DNA of 64,000 nt from Bacteroidota bacterium (GTDB lineage: Bacteria; Bacteroidota; Bacteroidia; Bacteroidales; JAHJDW01). A program made the position numbers and the translations under genes. Positions 28,982 through 40,335 of this stretch are shown here, one piece after another (positions within the stretch are counted from its first letter, which is position 1; the number at the start of each line of letters is the position of its first letter). Under the pieces are notes generated by a model. The model saw nothing but the letters and a program-made list of their open reading frames with translations, had not been told where the DNA came from and did not search any database. The stretch spans positions 19 through 64,018 of the forward strand of contig JBAXGW010000018.1 of NCBI GenBank assembly GCA_037139195.1, in the 5' to 3' direction.

Positions 28982-30457
28982 TTAATAAGCTCTAGCAAAA
29001 ATAACCCTTTGCGTAGATGGTTTTCCAGAATATATGCAAACACCAGCTTCTAACTCATTATTCAAAGGAATACAACGAATGGTAGCTTTTGTTTCTTCTT
29101 TAATTTTTTCTTCAGTTTCAGAAGTTCCATCCCAATGCGCAGAGACAAAGCCTGTTTTATTATCCAAAACATCTTTAAATTCTTCCCAAGTATCAACTTT
29201 TGTTATCTTGCTTTCTCTAAAATCAAGTGCTTTTTGGTAAATATTCTTTTGAATTTGTTCTAACAAATGCTCTATTTTATTTTCGATATCAGCTATTTGA
29301 TAAACAGCTTTTTCAAATGTATCTCTACGAGCTACCTCAACTGTTCCGTTTTCTAAATCACGAGGTCCAATAGCAATACGAACAGGAACACCTTTAAATT
29401 CCCAATCAGCAAATTTGAAACCTGGTTTAAATGTATCACGGTCATCATATTTTACAGAAATACCTTTGGCTTCAAGTCCTTTTTTGATTTCTTGAACTTT
29501 CACACTTATTTCAGCTAATTGTTCTTCTCCTTTGTATATAGGAACAATAACAACCTGAATTGGCGCCAATTTTGGAGGCAATACCAATCCTTTATCATCT
29601 GAGTGAGCCATAATAAGAGCACCCATCAAACGAGTAGAAACTCCCCATGAAGTAGCCCAAACAAATTCTTGCTTATTTTCTTTGCTAACAAATTTAACAT
29701 CGAAAGCTTTTGCAAAATTTTGTCCTAAGAAATGTGAAGTTCCAGCTTGTAACGCTTTTCCATCTTGCATCAATGCTTCAATACAATAAGTGTCTAATGC
29801 ACCAGCAAAACGTTCGTTAGCTGTTTTAACGCCTTTGAGCACGGGTAATGCTAACCAATTTTCAGCAAAATCAGCATAAACATCAAGCATTTTCTTAGTT
29901 TCCTCAATTGCTTCTTCCTGAGTAGCGTGAGCAGTATGACCTTCTTGCCATAAAAATTCAGCAGTACGAAGAAACATACGAGTTCTCATTTCCCAGCGAA
30001 CCACATTTGCCCATTGATTAACAAGAATTGGGAGGTCGCGATACGATTGAATCCAACCTTTATAAGTATGCCAAATAATAGTTTCAGAAGTAGGACGTAC
30101 AATTAATTCTTCTTCAAGTTTAGCCGTTTCGTCAACAATAATACCACTACCATCTTCCGCATTTTTCAAACGATAATGAGTAACAACAGCGCATTCTTTA
30201 GCAAACCCATCCACATGGCTAGCTTCTTTGCTAAAAAAAGATTTTGGTATAAATAAGGGGAAATAGGCATTTGAATGTCCTGTGTCTTTAAACATTTTGT
30301 CTAAAACTTTTTGCATCATCTCCCATATAGAATATCCATAAGGCTTGATAACCATGCAACCTCTAACAGCAGAATTTTCTGCTAAACCAGCTTTTTGCAC
30401 GATGTCGTTGTACCATTGAGAATAATTTTCTTCTCTTGTCGAAAAATCTTTGCTCAT
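28982..30457 (-). CDS. proS: prolyl-tRNA synthetase (archaeal/eukaryote-like class II type)
   Basis: 491 aa from [20 protein letters not shown]. Class II motifs ([27 protein letters not shown]) and the C-terminal ...RVIFARAY. The 35-codon extension upstream in the ORF track is probably not translated. Confidence 0.9.
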   Translation of the reverse strand: MSKDFSTREENYSQWYNDIVQKAGLAENSAVRGCMVIKPYGYSIWEMMQKVLDKMFKDTGHSNAYFPLFIPKSFFSKEASHVDGFAKECAVVTHYRLKNAEDGSGIIVDETAKLEEELIVRPTSETIIWHTYKGWIQSYRDLPILVNQWANVVRWEMRTRMFLRTAEFLWQEGHTAHATQEEAIEETKKMLDVYADFAENWLALPVLKGVKTANERFAGALDTYCIEALMQDGKALQAGTSHFLGQNFAKAFDVKFVSKENKQEFVWATSWGVSTRLMGALIMAHSDDKGLVLPPKLAPIQVVIVPIYKGEEQLAEISVKVQEIKKGLEAKGISVKYDDRDTFKPGFKFADWEFKGVPVRIAIGPRDLENGTVEVARRDTFEKAVYQIADIENKIEHLLEQIQKNIYQKALDFRESKITKVDTWEEFKDVLDNKTGFVSAHWDGTSETEEKIKEETKATIRCIPLNNELEAGVCIYSGKPSTQRVIFARAY

Positions 30458-30560
30458 TTTAAAATTGTGGTATGATATTTGTTTATAATTATGAAAATAA
30501 ATTGAGATACAAAAGTACAAAAAAATATACATTATAAATAATCCATTTGGAGGTATAGCC

Positions 30561-32108
30561 ATGAAAACTTTAGCTTATTTTTTCGCACTAACTTCGCTTC
30601 TTGCTTTAAGCGCTTGCTCTACAGCATATCAATCAACATCAAGCGATGATATTTATTATTCTCCAAAAGATAAAGTAAACACACCCCCTGTAACAACATC
30701 ATCTAATACAACTACTCAGTCTAATTATTCAACAAACACACAACCAACAAACAACGAGCAGCCCGTTGAAGTTCAAACTCAGAGCAATAACTCTGATCAA
30801 AACTATCAACAAGTTGAAGAAAACAACTATCAAGCCGAACCTCAATACAATAGTTCAACAACTGAAACATATCAAGATGCCAATGGCACAACCTATGTAA
30901 CAAATAATTATTATAACGAAGATGATTATTATGATTACTCATACAGCTCAAGGGTTAGAAGATTTTACAACCCCGTTTATGGAGTAGGTTATTATCACGA
31001 TTATTATACAAATTCATATATGTATAATAACGATCCTTTTTATTGGGGAACAAGCATATATTTAGGATATAACTGGTGGGCTCCATCATTTTACTGTGGC
31101 TACAATCCATACAGCTGGGGATATTCAGCTTGGGGCTGGAACTCATATTACGGTGGCGGTTACGGCGGATACTACGGAAGCAACTATGGATGGGGATACA
31201 ACCACGGTTACAATGATGGTTATTATAATGGTGGTGGCGATAATTACTATGTAAATAGCTGGGATAATAATAGCAGCTACTATGGACACAGAGGCAGCTC
31301 TACTGGCAGCACAAATAGCAGAGCAACAGGAACAGGAAGCTTAAATGATGGCAACAAATCATTTGCTCAAAAATATGCCGAAGTATCAAAAGGAGATCAC
31401 ATGACTGCAACTAATCAAGGCATCAGACCATCTAAAGATGTTGTTTCTAGAGGCTCAATAAACCCTAGCAACGATATTAGTCGCTCTAACAACATTAACA
31501 ATAACAGCTCTTTCTCTAAACCATTAACAGAGAGCAGACCAAATGCATCAAGCAATAACCTAAATACTTCTACAAACAAACCAATTACTAACAATCAAAC
31601 GACTACAAGACCTGCAGTTCAGCCTTTAACTAATGGAAATACAGCAACTGCAAAACCTGAATATTCAAAACCAAATACAACTGCAAGACCTAATAACTTA
31701 AATCAGAACCAGCCTTCAAATGGCTCAAATACTACAACTAGACCAACACCTAGCAAAACGTATACAGCTCCTGAATATAGTAGACCTAGAAATAACAATT
31801 ATAATAACTATAATAATAATAGTAACAATAATCAACCAGAAAACAAAACATATACTGAACCTAAAACATATACTAAACCTGAATACACTCAGCCAAAAAC
31901 TGAAAATGTGTACACTAGACCAAGTAACAATCAAAATTACAATAGCACACCTAGAAACGATTACAACTCAACGCCTAGCAGAAGTTCAAGCACCCCTTCG
32001 TACAGTCGTCCAAGTAGCAGCTCACCTGCTCCTAGCTCAGGAAACACAGCTCGACCAAGTACAAGTAGCCCTCGTTCAAGCTCAGGTGGCGGTTTCAACA
32101 AACGATAA
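30561..32108 (+). CDS. low-complexity Asn/Tyr/Gly/Ser/Thr-rich lipoprotein, function unknown
   Basis: Lipobox LALSAC. A Tyr/Gly/Trp-rich core ([30 protein letters not shown]). The N/S/T/P-rich tail contains repeated KTYT.PEY..P units. Confidence 0.5.
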   Translation: MKTLAYFFALTSLLALSACSTAYQSTSSDDIYYSPKDKVNTPPVTTSSNTTTQSNYSTNTQPTNNEQPVEVQTQSNNSDQNYQQVEENNYQAEPQYNSSTTETYQDANGTTYVTNNYYNEDDYYDYSYSSRVRRFYNPVYGVGYYHDYYTNSYMYNNDPFYWGTSIYLGYNWWAPSFYCGYNPYSWGYSAWGWNSYYGGGYGGYYGSNYGWGYNHGYNDGYYNGGGDNYYVNSWDNNSSYYGHRGSSTGSTNSRATGTGSLNDGNKSFAQKYAEVSKGDHMTATNQGIRPSKDVVSRGSINPSNDISRSNNINNNSSFSKPLTESRPNASSNNLNTSTNKPITNNQTTTRPAVQPLTNGNTATAKPEYSKPNTTARPNNLNQNQPSNGSNTTTRPTPSKTYTAPEYSRPRNNNYNNYNNNSNNNQPENKTYTEPKTYTKPEYTQPKTENVYTRPSNNQNYNSTPRNDYNSTPSRSSSTPSYSRPSSSSPAPSSGNTARPSTSSPRSSSGGGFNKR

Positions 32109-32143
32109 TTAAGTTGAAAATTATTAATTAATCATTGAAAATC

Positions 32144-33583
32144 ATGAAAAATATAATTTTAACAATAGGAATTATTTTGGGAACTATAGGAATCACTAAA
32201 GCCCAAAACGACGTAGACGCGCTTCGATATTCATATATTGGATTTGGGGGAACAGCAAAATCGATTGGTGCAGGTGGAGCTTATGGAGCATTGGGTGGAG
32301 ATGCATCTTGTCTGAGCGTAAACCCAGCAGGCATAGGAATATACAGAAAGTCTGAATTTAACTTTTCTGCAAATGTTTTAAAAGGTTCTACAGAAAGCTC
32401 TTACTTAGGAACTACAAGAGAAGATATGAAATACAATTTCAATTTTGGAAATTTCTCTTTAATTGGAGCATTTAAATTAGACACCGCTCGTTCAAAAGGC
32501 TGGAAATACTTAAATTTTGGGTTTGGCTCTAATCGACTAGCAAATTTTCATAATCGAATTGACATTGAAGGTCGAAACACTCAAAATTCGCTATCCGATC
32601 AATATGTAATTTTGGCAAATGGAAATAATTTCGACAATCTGGATTCTTATAGCACGGCTTTAGCTTGGAATACTTATTTAATAGACACTTTACCAGGAAC
32701 AACAAACAGCTTTATTAGCGCAGTTCCAGCATCTGACATCAAACAAAGAAAATTAATTGAAACTAAAGGCGGAATTAACGAAACATATATTTCGTTAGGA
32801 GGCAACTACAACAATAAATTATATATAGGCGGAACTTTTGGATTCCCTTCTGTTAGATATGTTCAAGAATCTTCGTACACCGAAAATGATGACAAAGATA
32901 CTATCAATGGATTTAAAAGTTTAACATTAAACGAACACCTTAAAACAACAGGTAGCGGAATAAACTTTAAATTAGGAATTATTTTCCGTCCTGTAGATTG
33001 GGTAAGATTAGGAGCAGCGGTTCACACTCCTACATTCTACACGTTACATGATGAATTTAGCAGCAAAATGACTACAACTTTTGATAATGGAAAATCTTAT
33101 TCTGACGAATCAAAAGGAGGCAGCTTTGATTATGAGCTAACTACTCCAATGCGCGCAATTGGCAGCATTGCATTTGTAATAGGCAAAATAGGATTTATTA
33201 GCGCTGATTACGAAGTTGTTAATTACACAGAATCTCAATTACGCTCAAAAAACTATACATTTTTTGATGAAAACGACGCTATTCGCCAAAAATACACTTC
33301 TCAATCAAATCTCAGAATAGGTGGCGAATTAAACTTAAAACCTTTTGCGGTTCGTGCTGGCTACGCTCTTTATGGAAGCCCATATCGTACGGGAATAAAT
33401 GATGCAAGCAGAACATCTTATACATTTGGATTTGGCTATAGAGACAAAGATTTTTATTTAGACTTTGCTTACGTTTTAACAACATCAACTGAAGATTATT
33501 ATTTGTATTCGATTGTTCCAGAAGCATCAAAAAACAAATTCTCATCAAACAGTTTGATTACAACATTAGGATTTAGATTTTAA
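32144..33583 (+). CDS. outer-membrane beta-barrel (FadL/PorV/UPF0164-like N-terminal motif)
   Basis: Signal peptide ...TKAQ. The N-terminal GAGGAYGALGGDASCLSVNPAGIG resembles the FadL/PorV plug motif. Alternating beta-strand pattern, with a terminal LGFRF beta-signal. Confidence 0.55.
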   Translation: MKNIILTIGIILGTIGITKAQNDVDALRYSYIGFGGTAKSIGAGGAYGALGGDASCLSVNPAGIGIYRKSEFNFSANVLKGSTESSYLGTTREDMKYNFNFGNFSLIGAFKLDTARSKGWKYLNFGFGSNRLANFHNRIDIEGRNTQNSLSDQYVILANGNNFDNLDSYSTALAWNTYLIDTLPGTTNSFISAVPASDIKQRKLIETKGGINETYISLGGNYNNKLYIGGTFGFPSVRYVQESSYTENDDKDTINGFKSLTLNEHLKTTGSGINFKLGIIFRPVDWVRLGAAVHTPTFYTLHDEFSSKMTTTFDNGKSYSDESKGGSFDYELTTPMRAIGSIAFVIGKIGFISADYEVVNYTESQLRSKNYTFFDENDAIRQKYTSQSNLRIGGELNLKPFAVRAGYALYGSPYRTGINDASRTSYTFGFGYRDKDFYLDFAYVLTTSTEDYYLYSIVPEASKNKFSSNSLITTLGFRF

Positions 33584-33626
33584 CATTGAATTGAATATTT
33601 TAGTAATATTGTTTTAAATTGCGCAA

Positions 33627-33655
33627 AGCCCTGGTTTATTCAGGGCTTTTTTTTA
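33627..33655 (+). terminator. rho-independent terminator
   Basis: agccctg-gtttatt-cagggct followed by tttttttt. Confidence 0.75.
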
Positions 33656-33691
33656 TTTTGAAAGATTGTATATATTTGAATAAAAAATAAA

Positions 33692-34327
33692 ATGAAAAAA
33701 GCATTAGTTATTGGAGCTTCTGGACTAATTGGGAAAGAGCTTGTTAAATTATTAACATCAGATCAGCATTATGACTCTATAGATATTATTGGAAGACAAT
33801 TAATAGGTTTTTCATCAAGCAAGATAATTGAGAAGAAAGTAGATTTTGCCCATTTAAATGAAACTATTGAGTCAAATACAGATATATTCTGTTGCGTTGG
33901 ATCGACTATAAACAAAGCTAAAAATTGGGATAATTTCAGAAAAGTTGACTTAGAAATACCTGTTAAACTAGCCGAATTATGCGAAAATACAACAAATACC
34001 AAGTTACTAGTAATTTCATCAATTGGAGCCAATAAAAATTCAAGAAACAAATACCTACAAATGAAAGGCGAGATGGAAATAGAAATTTCAAAAAGAAAAA
34101 TTGATGCAATTATTATTTTTCGACCTTCAATATTACTAGGAAATAGAGATGAAAGAAGATTAGGAGAATCATTTGCTAAATTTATTATTAAATTATTTTC
34201 TTTTTTAATGATTGGTCCGCTTAAAAAATATAAAGGAATTTCAGCTTACAAAGTAGCAAATAGCCTAATTACAGCTGCAAAATCAAACCTAAAAGGGACA
34301 ATTATTCTAGAGTCTTCAGAAATTTAG
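33692..34327 (+). CDS. NAD(P)H-binding atypical SDR / NmrA-like oxidoreductase
   Basis: 211 aa. Rossmann motif LVIGASGLIGKEL at the N-terminus. Confidence 0.65.
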   Translation: MKKALVIGASGLIGKELVKLLTSDQHYDSIDIIGRQLIGFSSSKIIEKKVDFAHLNETIESNTDIFCCVGSTINKAKNWDNFRKVDLEIPVKLAELCENTTNTKLLVISSIGANKNSRNKYLQMKGEMEIEISKRKIDAIIIFRPSILLGNRDERRLGESFAKFIIKLFSFLMIGPLKKYKGISAYKVANSLITAAKSNLKGTIILESSEI

Positions 34328-34782
34328 CTAACAAATCAATATATTAGAAATAATACGACTTTTCTATACGAAACTACTACCTACTTTGTTTCACTATAAA
34401 AATTGATATAAATACATGTTTTTACAAACAAATAATTGTTAATAAATTTGCAATTTATCGATTAAAGTTGTAATTTAATCATACGAATTATTACTTATTA
34501 ATTTAAACCATATAGTATGAAAATTTTAAATAAAGAGGCATTGTATTGGGGCATGTTCCTAGTAGCCGTAGTTTCGTATGCAGTGTTTGAAATTGTTACC
34601 TACTACTACTCTAAATAAATTCAAACATTTAGCATAAAACAAAAAAAATATATAATTAAAATTAAAAGCAAGAAGAAAAAGTATACTTCTTGCTTTAATT
34701 TTTTTTGAACTTATGCTTTTCATTTTTCTCAGTAATATTTTTCAATATCTTTACATAAAAAAAAAACAAAAATATTTCTGCA

Positions 34783-35346
34783 ATGAAAATCTACACAAAA
34801 ACTGGAGATAATGGAGAAACCTCATTAATTGGAGGCACAAGAGTTAAAAAAAATCACCCCAGAGTTGAAGCGTATGGAACCGTTGATGAGCTAAACTCAT
34901 TTGTAGGATTGTTGAAAGACTTAACAACTAGTAACACTATAAAAGATCAACTACTTTCAATCCAAAATAAATTATTTATTATAGGCTCTTGCATTGCAAC
35001 CGAGCCAAACAAGAATAAACATCAATATAATTGCGACAAGCAACCAAAGATAAACGAAGCTGACATAACCTATCTTGAAGAACAAATGGATTTATTAAGC
35101 AAACAACTCCCAGAAATGCGTAGTTTTATTTTACCTGGTGGGCATCTATTGGTTTCATACAGCCATATCACCAGAACTGTTTGTAGGAGAACAGAAAGGG
35201 TTGTTTTAAAGCTAGCATCTGAATCAGAAGTTGACCATTTGCTCATTAAATATCTAAATAGGCTATCTGATTTCTTTTTTATTTTAGCCAGATATTTTTC
35301 CTTAATTGAAAATGTGGATGAAATTACCTGGGATGCAAAAGGATAA
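34783..35346 (+). CDS. ATP:cob(I)alamin adenosyltransferase, PduO type
   Basis: 187 aa. N-terminal MKIYTKTGDNGETSL and the following RVEAYGTVDELNSFVG are diagnostic of the family. Confidence 0.85.
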   Translation: MKIYTKTGDNGETSLIGGTRVKKNHPRVEAYGTVDELNSFVGLLKDLTTSNTIKDQLLSIQNKLFIIGSCIATEPNKNKHQYNCDKQPKINEADITYLEEQMDLLSKQLPEMRSFILPGGHLLVSYSHITRTVCRRTERVVLKLASESEVDHLLIKYLNRLSDFFFILARYFSLIENVDEITWDAKG

Positions 35347-35517
35347 AGACTAAACAGTTGCATTTATTGGCTTGGTTTTTGGTAAAATGATTTTTTAGCT
35401 GATTCATCTATCAATATTAACTTTTAAACAAATTTTTTTAATAAATAATTATAAATAAATTTGACTTTATCGTTTAAAAAGGTATATTTTTGCAAAAACA
35501 ACTAAATATTTCAAGAC

Positions 35518-35739
35518 ATGTATTGGACCTTAGAATTAGCATCGAAATTAGAGGATGCGCCATGGCCGGCAACAAAAGACGAACTTATTGATTTTGCTCT
35601 TCGCTCAGGAGCACCAATGGAAGTTATTGAAAATTTAAAGGAAATAGAAGACGATGAAGAGGTCTTCGATAGTATTGAGGACATTTGGCCTGACTATCCT
35701 TCAAAAGAGGATTTCTTTTTCAATGAAGACGAATATTAG
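35518..35739 (+). CDS. DUF2795-family small acidic protein
   Basis: 73 aa. Contains WPATKDELIDFALRSGAPMEVIENL. Confidence 0.55.
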   Translation: MYWTLELASKLEDAPWPATKDELIDFALRSGAPMEVIENLKEIEDDEEVFDSIEDIWPDYPSKEDFFFNEDEY

Positions 35740-35777
35740 TGTTCTGAATCAAAGCATAGCAAGATAATAAACAAAAA

Positions 35778-35803
35778 AGCATTTCTATTGGAAATGCTTT
35801 TTA
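35778..35803. terminator. bidirectional hairpin terminator
   Basis: agcatttc-tattg-gaaatgct flanked by A6 and T-rich runs, between convergent genes. Confidence 0.65.
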
Positions 35804-38800
35804 TTTTGTCAAAATAAATTTCTTCACAATCGCTTTGTCTGAATTTTCAACATATAAAATATACACTCCAGCTCTAACATTCTTCAAGTCTACTACAAAT
35901 TGATTAACACTATCATTTTCAATATATTGAACATTATAATAAACTCTACGACCATTATTGTCATATAAACAAATTCTATAAGTTTGAGCATCTATCCCAT
36001 TTGATATAATATCAAAAGACAATGCAGCATATATTAAACGAAGGTTATCTATAGCAAAATCTTCATGTAAATTACATGAAATTGAAATTGGATTAAATGT
36101 AGAAAACTTTCCATCATAATCAGTTTGTATTAATCTATAATATGTAAGATTAAACGGTTCTCTGTCTTCAACATTATAGCTAATAATATTATTACTATTT
36201 CCTGCACCATCAATTTTTTTCAGTTCATTAAACGACCATGAATTATTAGATTTTTCAATTGTAAAATAATTATTATTTTGCTCATTTGCGGTTATCCATG
36301 AAATATCAATTTTATCAAAATTACACTTTGCAGAAAACGATAGCAAATTTATGGGCATCGGATTTTCTAAAACTTTTACTGTTGCTGTTTTTGCTAAATT
36401 ATTTGAACAAGCCGTTGGAACAACTTTAACGGTTTTAACTGTTAAGGTGGCATCCGAATTTATAGCACCTGTAGTTAGAACAATATCCCCTCCAGTTCCT
36501 AATTTAGAAGTACCTGTTGAAACTCCTCCAACTGTCAATTGATAAAGTGTTTGAGTTTCTGAATTATGGACAGTCACCCCAACTGTATTTCCAGCATAAA
36601 TTGAATCAGTAGACTCTGTAATATCTAAAGAAGTTGAGGGCATAACACAAGTTACTAAGGCAGAAGCAGAAGCAGCACCAATACAGTAGCCAGTGCTTGT
36701 AGCTTTTGCTGTAATAGCTCCACCTGCATAAACATCAGTTGATGATAACCCAGAAATTGTCCATACCCCACCAGCAACAGTTGCAGTTCCTCCAATTTGA
36801 ATACCATCAACATACAATTTAATAACATCGCCATTAACTCCAGTTCCAGTAATACTGGCAGTACCCTCTGGAATTGGATTGGTAGTTATTGTTGGAATAT
36901 TTGTTGTAATCGAACCTAAGCTCATAGCATTTGAAGCCACACTTGTTGTTTTACAAGAAACCTCAGCTTTCGCAGTTATAACATCAGTAAACAAAGTAAT
37001 TGCAACATTATTTAAAGACCAATTTCCATAAGCATCAACATTTGTTGTGCCAACAGAAACAGCATTTTTATACACTCTGATTGTACTTCCTGTGGCTTCA
37101 ACTGATGTTCCTGAAACAGTAACTGTGGTTGGAACAGAGGCTATACAGTATGAACTCGTAATTATTGGAGCAACAGCTGCTGAGCTATTAATTACAGATG
37201 TAGCAGCTGACGCCGCTGACTGGCAGCTTCCGCTGGGCGCTTGCTTTACTGTTATACTTTGGCAATTTGAAAAACTAAGCGAGTTAGCCGTCCATACTCC
37301 AGATGCATTTGCAGTTGCATATCCCAAAATAACACCATCTGCATAAATTTGAACATGTGCATTTGCCGTAGCGGCACCAGAAATACTTGTAGTTGAATTT
37401 GTTATTGGAGATGTTGTTATTGTAGGTGCAGTTGCAGGAGTTCCACCTAAACATAACCATATAACAGGCGACTCACATTGCCCTGCCATAACTTGCGTCA
37501 TATAATAAGCACTATTGTTTGTTAAACAACCAGCTCCACTATTACAATTAGCATTACTTGAATTACATTTCCATTGAAAACTTCCATCAGCTAATACAGT
37601 ATAAGTTCCTGTGGTAAGCTCTGTTCCATCTGGACTGTAAAGATGAACAGTTGCTCCACTAATACCAGCACCTGCAGAGCCACAAACTCCTTTTGTATTA
37701 ATTGAAACATTACCAGCAGTTAATGTAGAAGTACAAATTTGCGAAACAGTTTTTTGAGAACAATTACCAACAGACTCAGTCTCTCATGAAGCTGTAGCGG
37801 TAGCAGTAATAATATCTCCACCTGATAATCCTGAAACACCATTTAAGATCCAAGAATTTGAACTAACTGTAGTAGTTCCTAATAACGAACCATTTTTATA
37901 CACTTTAATTGTTGAGCCATTAGCCTCTGTTGATGTACCCGAAATTGAAGTGGTTGAAGTTGTAATAGAACCAGTTATAGTTGGGCAAGGGCTTCTATCT
38001 GCAGGGGTACTTGTAGCAAGCTCAACAACCGTTGAAGGATAAAAATTTTCAATTACGGTGATGAACATTTGGTCATAGTTGTAATTATAGGTTGCGTCAT
38101 TTATTCCTGTTAAATCCGACTGTGAATTGCTTCCTAAAGCAGCAGCTGGACTCATTGAAGTCATAATTGCCATTCTTAATTTAGTACTGGTAGTAACGGA
38201 AGGGAAATGAGTTGTAATGAGAGAAAATGGGATATAAAAATCATAAAAATAATCAGCATCACCACAATCAGTAGAAAGGGCAACCGATTTTTGATAATAA
38301 TCAGAACCTAACAATGACGCTTCTTCAGAAGGAGAAATAGTTCCATCAACATTATATAAATAAATACCAAAATTAGTTTGGCAAGAAACTTCAATTTCAA
38401 AACCAGGGTTACCTGGAATTGCATTAGGATCTGCATTGGGTCCAGTAAAACCGAGCTTTTCATCAATATCAATGAATATACTATAGCCTTTAGAGTTTGG
38501 GGCCAATCCTCCTAATCTAAGTCTGATTAACATATTACCTGATCCATCATACGCTAGCAAAGCAGGGTCTTCTACCCCTGAATCAACAAAATCGGTATAC
38601 TTACAATCAGGTCCAGGACCTAAATCACTATTCGGCTCTAATCCAGGCATTGGAATAGGCCTATAATTAATTTCACTTTGGGTTTTATCGTTGGTTGAAA
38701 ATCCAGCAGTTGTTGCAGAAACATAACCATCATTATTTGGATCTAACACAGCTGAACCAGCTCCAGTAGCTTTCTGAACAATTACTCCCGGTGTTTGTCC

Positions 38801-38863
38801 ATTTGCAATTAAAGCGAAACTAATAATAAAAAAAAGAATAATATTTCGTAAAAATACCTTCAT
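35801..38863 (-). pseudogene. large T9SS-secreted Ig-like-repeat adhesin interrupted by one in-frame TGA (ORFs 37784-38863 and 35801-37501 plus a 94-codon open bridge)
   Basis: I translated 37502-37783 manually. It is in the same frame as both ORFs and has no other stop. The TGA lies at 37784-37786. Both halves share the repeat TSISG..T.A..S.I.VY..G..LG. Signal peptide at 38863 and a type-A T9SS CTD at the 3' end (GVYILYVENSDKAIVKKFI). Confidence 0.6.
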
Positions 38864-38979
38864 TTAAACAAATTTAAACATCTATGCAATATACGTAATA
38901 TTATCAAAATTTACAAGTTATTCGGTCGAAATGAAAAAATATATCGACAAATCAACATATTCACACTTTTTGTTTAATT

Positions 38980-40095
38980 TTATTTGCCTAACAACTCCTC
39001 TAATTTCATTCTTAACGCTTCGCCTCTTAAGCTCTTTGCAATAATTTTGCCTTCTTTATCTAGCAATACAGTAAATGGAATACCTTCTACACCATATTCT
39101 TTAGCGGCAACAGATTGCCAATATTTTAAATCGCTTATATGTTTCCATGTAAGATTATCCGCTTTTATTGCATTTACCCACGCATCTTTGCTTCTATCTA
39201 AAGAAACACCAATAATTTCAAATCCTTTATCTTTAAAATCAGCATATAGTTTTACTACATTTGGGTTTTCTTTTCTACAAGGCGAACACCAAGAAGCCCA
39301 GAAGTCAATTAAAACATATTTCCCTCTTAATGAAGATAAGGAAATTAAATTCCCATCAGGATCAGCAAGCGTAATTTCAGGGGCTACAGCGCCAATAGCA
39401 AGTTTAGCCGCACTTTGAACTTTTTTATGCAACTCTTCTACAAAAATAACCGTTGGATATTTTGCAAATAATAGAGCATCAACTTCTTGTAGCAAAGTAA
39501 AATTATCGTCGAAATTCATTTTTTCAATAAAAAATAAAGAAGAAAGATTTTGCTTATGTAATTTTACAAATTCCGAAATTTTGTCGTTTTTTTCTTTTTC
39601 TATGCTTTCGTATTGTTTAATAAGTGAAGCGTAAATTGAATCTGCTTTTGGTGAAGTTTTTTGCGTTTCATACACATTTTCTAAACTATCTAGTTTTTTT
39701 TCAAATTTTGAAACCATGCTCTGAGTTGAAAAAACGAGCTCTGACTCAACGGAACCTTTAATATTCATTTTATTCATCAAGTCTGTTGCATCGCTTGAGA
39801 ATACAACCTTTTCTCCTGGACTTAAAATTAAAACTACTGATTTTTTTGGTTCAAACTGAACAGAATAAAAATTTGGCGATTTAACTTTTGCAGTTTTAAA
39901 CGTAAAGTTGCCTTTATCGTCAATAATCGCCGAATCCATAGGCACTTGTTCTTTATTCAATTCTATTAAATATGCTTTTGTAATGTTTCTTGGCAAATTA
40001 GAAACAGTTCCTTTAATTGAAACTTCTTTTGAAGTTTGTGAATATGAAGCATTTGCAAAACAAAATGCAAGCGATAGAAGCACTATTTTTTTCAT
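38980..40095 (-). CDS. TlpA-like thiol:disulfide oxidoreductase (thioredoxin fold) with an N-terminal DUF4369-like domain
   Basis: Active site FWASWCSPCRKENP. Signal peptide from MKKIVLLSLAF, so the ATG at 40093-40095 is preferred. Confidence 0.8.
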   Translation of the reverse strand: MKKIVLLSLAFCFANASYSQTSKEVSIKGTVSNLPRNITKAYLIELNKEQVPMDSAIIDDKGNFTFKTAKVKSPNFYSVQFEPKKSVVLILSPGEKVVFSSDATDLMNKMNIKGSVESELVFSTQSMVSKFEKKLDSLENVYETQKTSPKADSIYASLIKQYESIEKEKNDKISEFVKLHKQNLSSLFFIEKMNFDDNFTLLQEVDALLFAKYPTVIFVEELHKKVQSAAKLAIGAVAPEITLADPDGNLISLSSLRGKYVLIDFWASWCSPCRKENPNVVKLYADFKDKGFEIIGVSLDRSKDAWVNAIKADNLTWKHISDLKYWQSVAAKEYGVEGIPFTVLLDKEGKIIAKSLRGEALRMKLEELLGK

Positions 40096-40250
40096 GTGTT
40101 TGAATTTTATTTTATTTTTAACAATATTACAAATAATAAAATTATCTGACAAACTATTATCCAGTATTATGCCAAAAACAATTTATAACCATCTATATTA
40201 AAACAATCAAGCTAAAGCCATGCAAATTGAATACGTAAAATTTTGAAAAT

Positions 40251-40285
40251 TTTGCTTATAAATTCGCAATAAAAATATAACTTTG
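40251..40285 (+). promoter_or_regulatory. candidate sigma-A promoter of secA
   Basis: TTTG at 40251-40254, 23-nt spacer, TAacTTTG at 40278-40285. Confidence 0.35.
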
Positions 40286-40335
40286 TTAACTATAACAAAA
40301 AATTTAGAAACATAAAAACTATACAATATTTTACA

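Noticed and set aside
30458-30562. A 35-codon N-terminal extension of proS ([17 protein letters not shown]...) that overlaps the start of the next gene
   Set aside because: The hydrophobic, low-complexity extension is unlike ProRS N-termini. [16 protein letters not shown] at 30457 is the conserved start.
31720-32112. Alternative-frame ORFs (31720-32112 plus strand, 31725-31934 minus strand) inside the low-complexity gene
   Set aside because: These are artefacts of biased AAT/AAC/ACA-rich repeats. They lack a signal sequence or start context and lie entirely within the longer frame.
34517-34594. A possible small membrane protein ORF in the 450-bp gap before the PduO gene
   Set aside because: Careful re-translation gives only 25 codons (MKILNKEALYWGMFLSSRSFVCSV*). 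My first reading dropped a base. There is no TM segment or other support.
37784-37786. TGA read as selenocysteine, or as a reassigned sense codon (Gly/Trp)
   Set aside because: Three other TGAs in the window act as genuine stops in ATGA overlaps, which argues for the standard code. I saw no obvious SECIS-like hairpin immediately 3' of the codon. It cannot be fully excluded without a genome-wide check.
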